Assembly: GCA_039630445.1 (NCBI GenBank)
Contig: JBCNVA010000060.1
Span: 204-64,203, forward strand
Length of the DNA stretch: 64,000 nt
Reading direction: 5' to 3'
Source of the DNA: Armatimonadota bacterium
GTDB lineage: Bacteria > Armatimonadota > Fimbriimonadia > Fimbriimonadales > GBS-DC
Shown here: positions 63,140 to 64,000 of the stretch, piece by piece
Numbering within the stretch: the stretch's first letter is position 1
Layout: each line of letters starts with the position of its first letter
Translations under genes and position numbers: made by a program
The notes under the pieces: generated by a model
What the model saw: only the letters and a program-made list of their open reading frames with translations
The model's database searches: none
Told to the model about the DNA's origin: nothing

Positions 63140-64000
63140 CTAATGCCACTCGCGCCAGGCTTTGTAGGCAATATACGGTAGGCGTAGCAGATAGTAGCCT
63201 GCAAACCCAACCATACCGCGCCACAGGGAGGGCTTCATCGGGCGCAGCGCCACGCGACGCAGCTCCCCAAAGCGGTAGGCGTGGTCCAGCGCGGCGTAGG
63301 TCGCCTCGATGCCTACCCACTCCACCCATTCTGCAATCTCGTCAGAGGCGGTATGCTGCAGCAGCCGTTCGGGTAAGGCGATCCACGGGCGCAACTCCCG
63401 ATAAAGTTGCTGAAGCGCAGGGGTGTAGCCCTCGCGCGCCGCTTGCTCGCGCAACCATGCATAACGCTCTCGTTCGAGAGGGTAAGCTACAGGCAGATTG
63501 GCGATCACCTCCACACACAGTAGCAACCAGCGCAACCGCTCCCAGTCCCAAATCGGGTCAAGGGCGCGGATCTCGATCGTGCCCAGCCGCCGCGCAAAAA
63601 TCAGATCCTGAAAGCGATAGGTCGGATCTTCCTGCAGCGGACCAATTGCAAAGGAATGGGCAACCCGATAGGATTGCCCAAAATAGCGTCCGCCAGCATA
63701 TGGGCTACTTGCCGAAAGCAGGATGAGTAGTGGCAGGAAGTAGGCAAGGTTTGCGTAGACTCGCTCGCGCTCCGAATCGGGAACGGAGAGGTGAATATGC
63801 AGTCCACCTGTGTTCGTTGGCGACTCGATATCGAACAGGTGTCCAACGGGCACAATATAGGCGGTGTTGACTGCACGCGCCAGTTCAAGGCGTCGCTGGT
63901 GCAGCTCGCGCAGGAGGTCGCTGGGCGTTGGCTGCGGCGCGGTAGCAATCTCAACGGCACTCATCAGGCACTCGCGGGCATCAGCCCCCCGTGCAAAGTT
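63140..64000 (-). CDS. carboxylate-amine ligase (GCS2/YbdK family), 5'-truncated by the window edge
   Basis: GGLHIHLSVPD, LLSASSPYAGG..GQSYR and GTIEIRALD motifs. The reading frame stays open from 63964 to the window end, so the true start is probably beyond 64000. Confidence 0.7.
   Translation of the reverse strand, partial: NFARGADARECLMSAVEIATAPQPTPSDLLRELHQRRLELARAVNTAYIVPVGHLFDIESPTNTGGLHIHLSVPDSERERVYANLAYFLPLLILLSASSPYAGGRYFGQSYRVAHSFAIGPLQEDPTYRFQDLIFARRLGTIEIRALDPIWDWERLRWLLLCVEVIANLPVAYPLERERYAWLREQAAREGYTPALQQLYRELRPWIALPERLLQHTASDEIAEWVEWVGIEATYAALDHAYRFGELRRVALRPMKPSLWRGMVGFAGYYLLRLPYIAYKAWREWH

Overview
High-GC (roughly 60%) bacterial chromosomal segment, densely coding on both strands. 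I call about 60 protein genes. I saw no rRNA, tRNA, CRISPR array, transposase or integrase. Most genes are housekeeping: obg, pdp, mgtE, rarA, fliA, glgA, dut, pcrA, ffh, ispH, lnt, trxA, prfB (with the classical +1 frameshift), rpmH-rnpA-yidD-yidC-jag, xylA, hisS and kdsB. The lnt, kdsB and MsbA-like exporter genes point to a diderm, LPS-making organism. DUF1559/H-X9-DG-like proteins, a dockerin-tagged beta-propeller and a lipoprotein serpin suggest an Armatimonadota/Planctomycetota-like lineage, but taxonomy cannot be settled from the sequence alone. Items worth a second look: (1) a five-haem c-type cytochrome interrupted by one in-frame TGA directly followed by ATG; (2) the segment between ffh and ispH, which holds an orphan HerA/FtsK-like ATPase with a deviant P-loop facing a tightly coupled operon (secreted propeller-dockerin, triple-GAF protein, Cas4-like Fe-S PD-(D/E)XK nuclease, ABC exporter); (3) a dispersed family of strictly phased 7-8 bp 'ACTTCGCC' arrays at five intergenic sites; (4) a recurrent GGTAnnnT -10 element that often sits 6-9 nt from the start codon, implying many leaderless mRNAs; (5) a secreted TPR-CHAT protease with a 9-10x RPLTxGA heptad insert kept at protein level but scrambled at synonymous sites; (6) a tandem segmental duplication that left a PAP2 pseudogene and a decaying paralogue; (7) REP-like palindromic elements, one inserted in frame inside a giant glycosyltransferase; (8) a VapB-like antitoxin fused to an 18-codon PIN remnant. 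All functional calls rest on motif recognition by eye; no database search was run.
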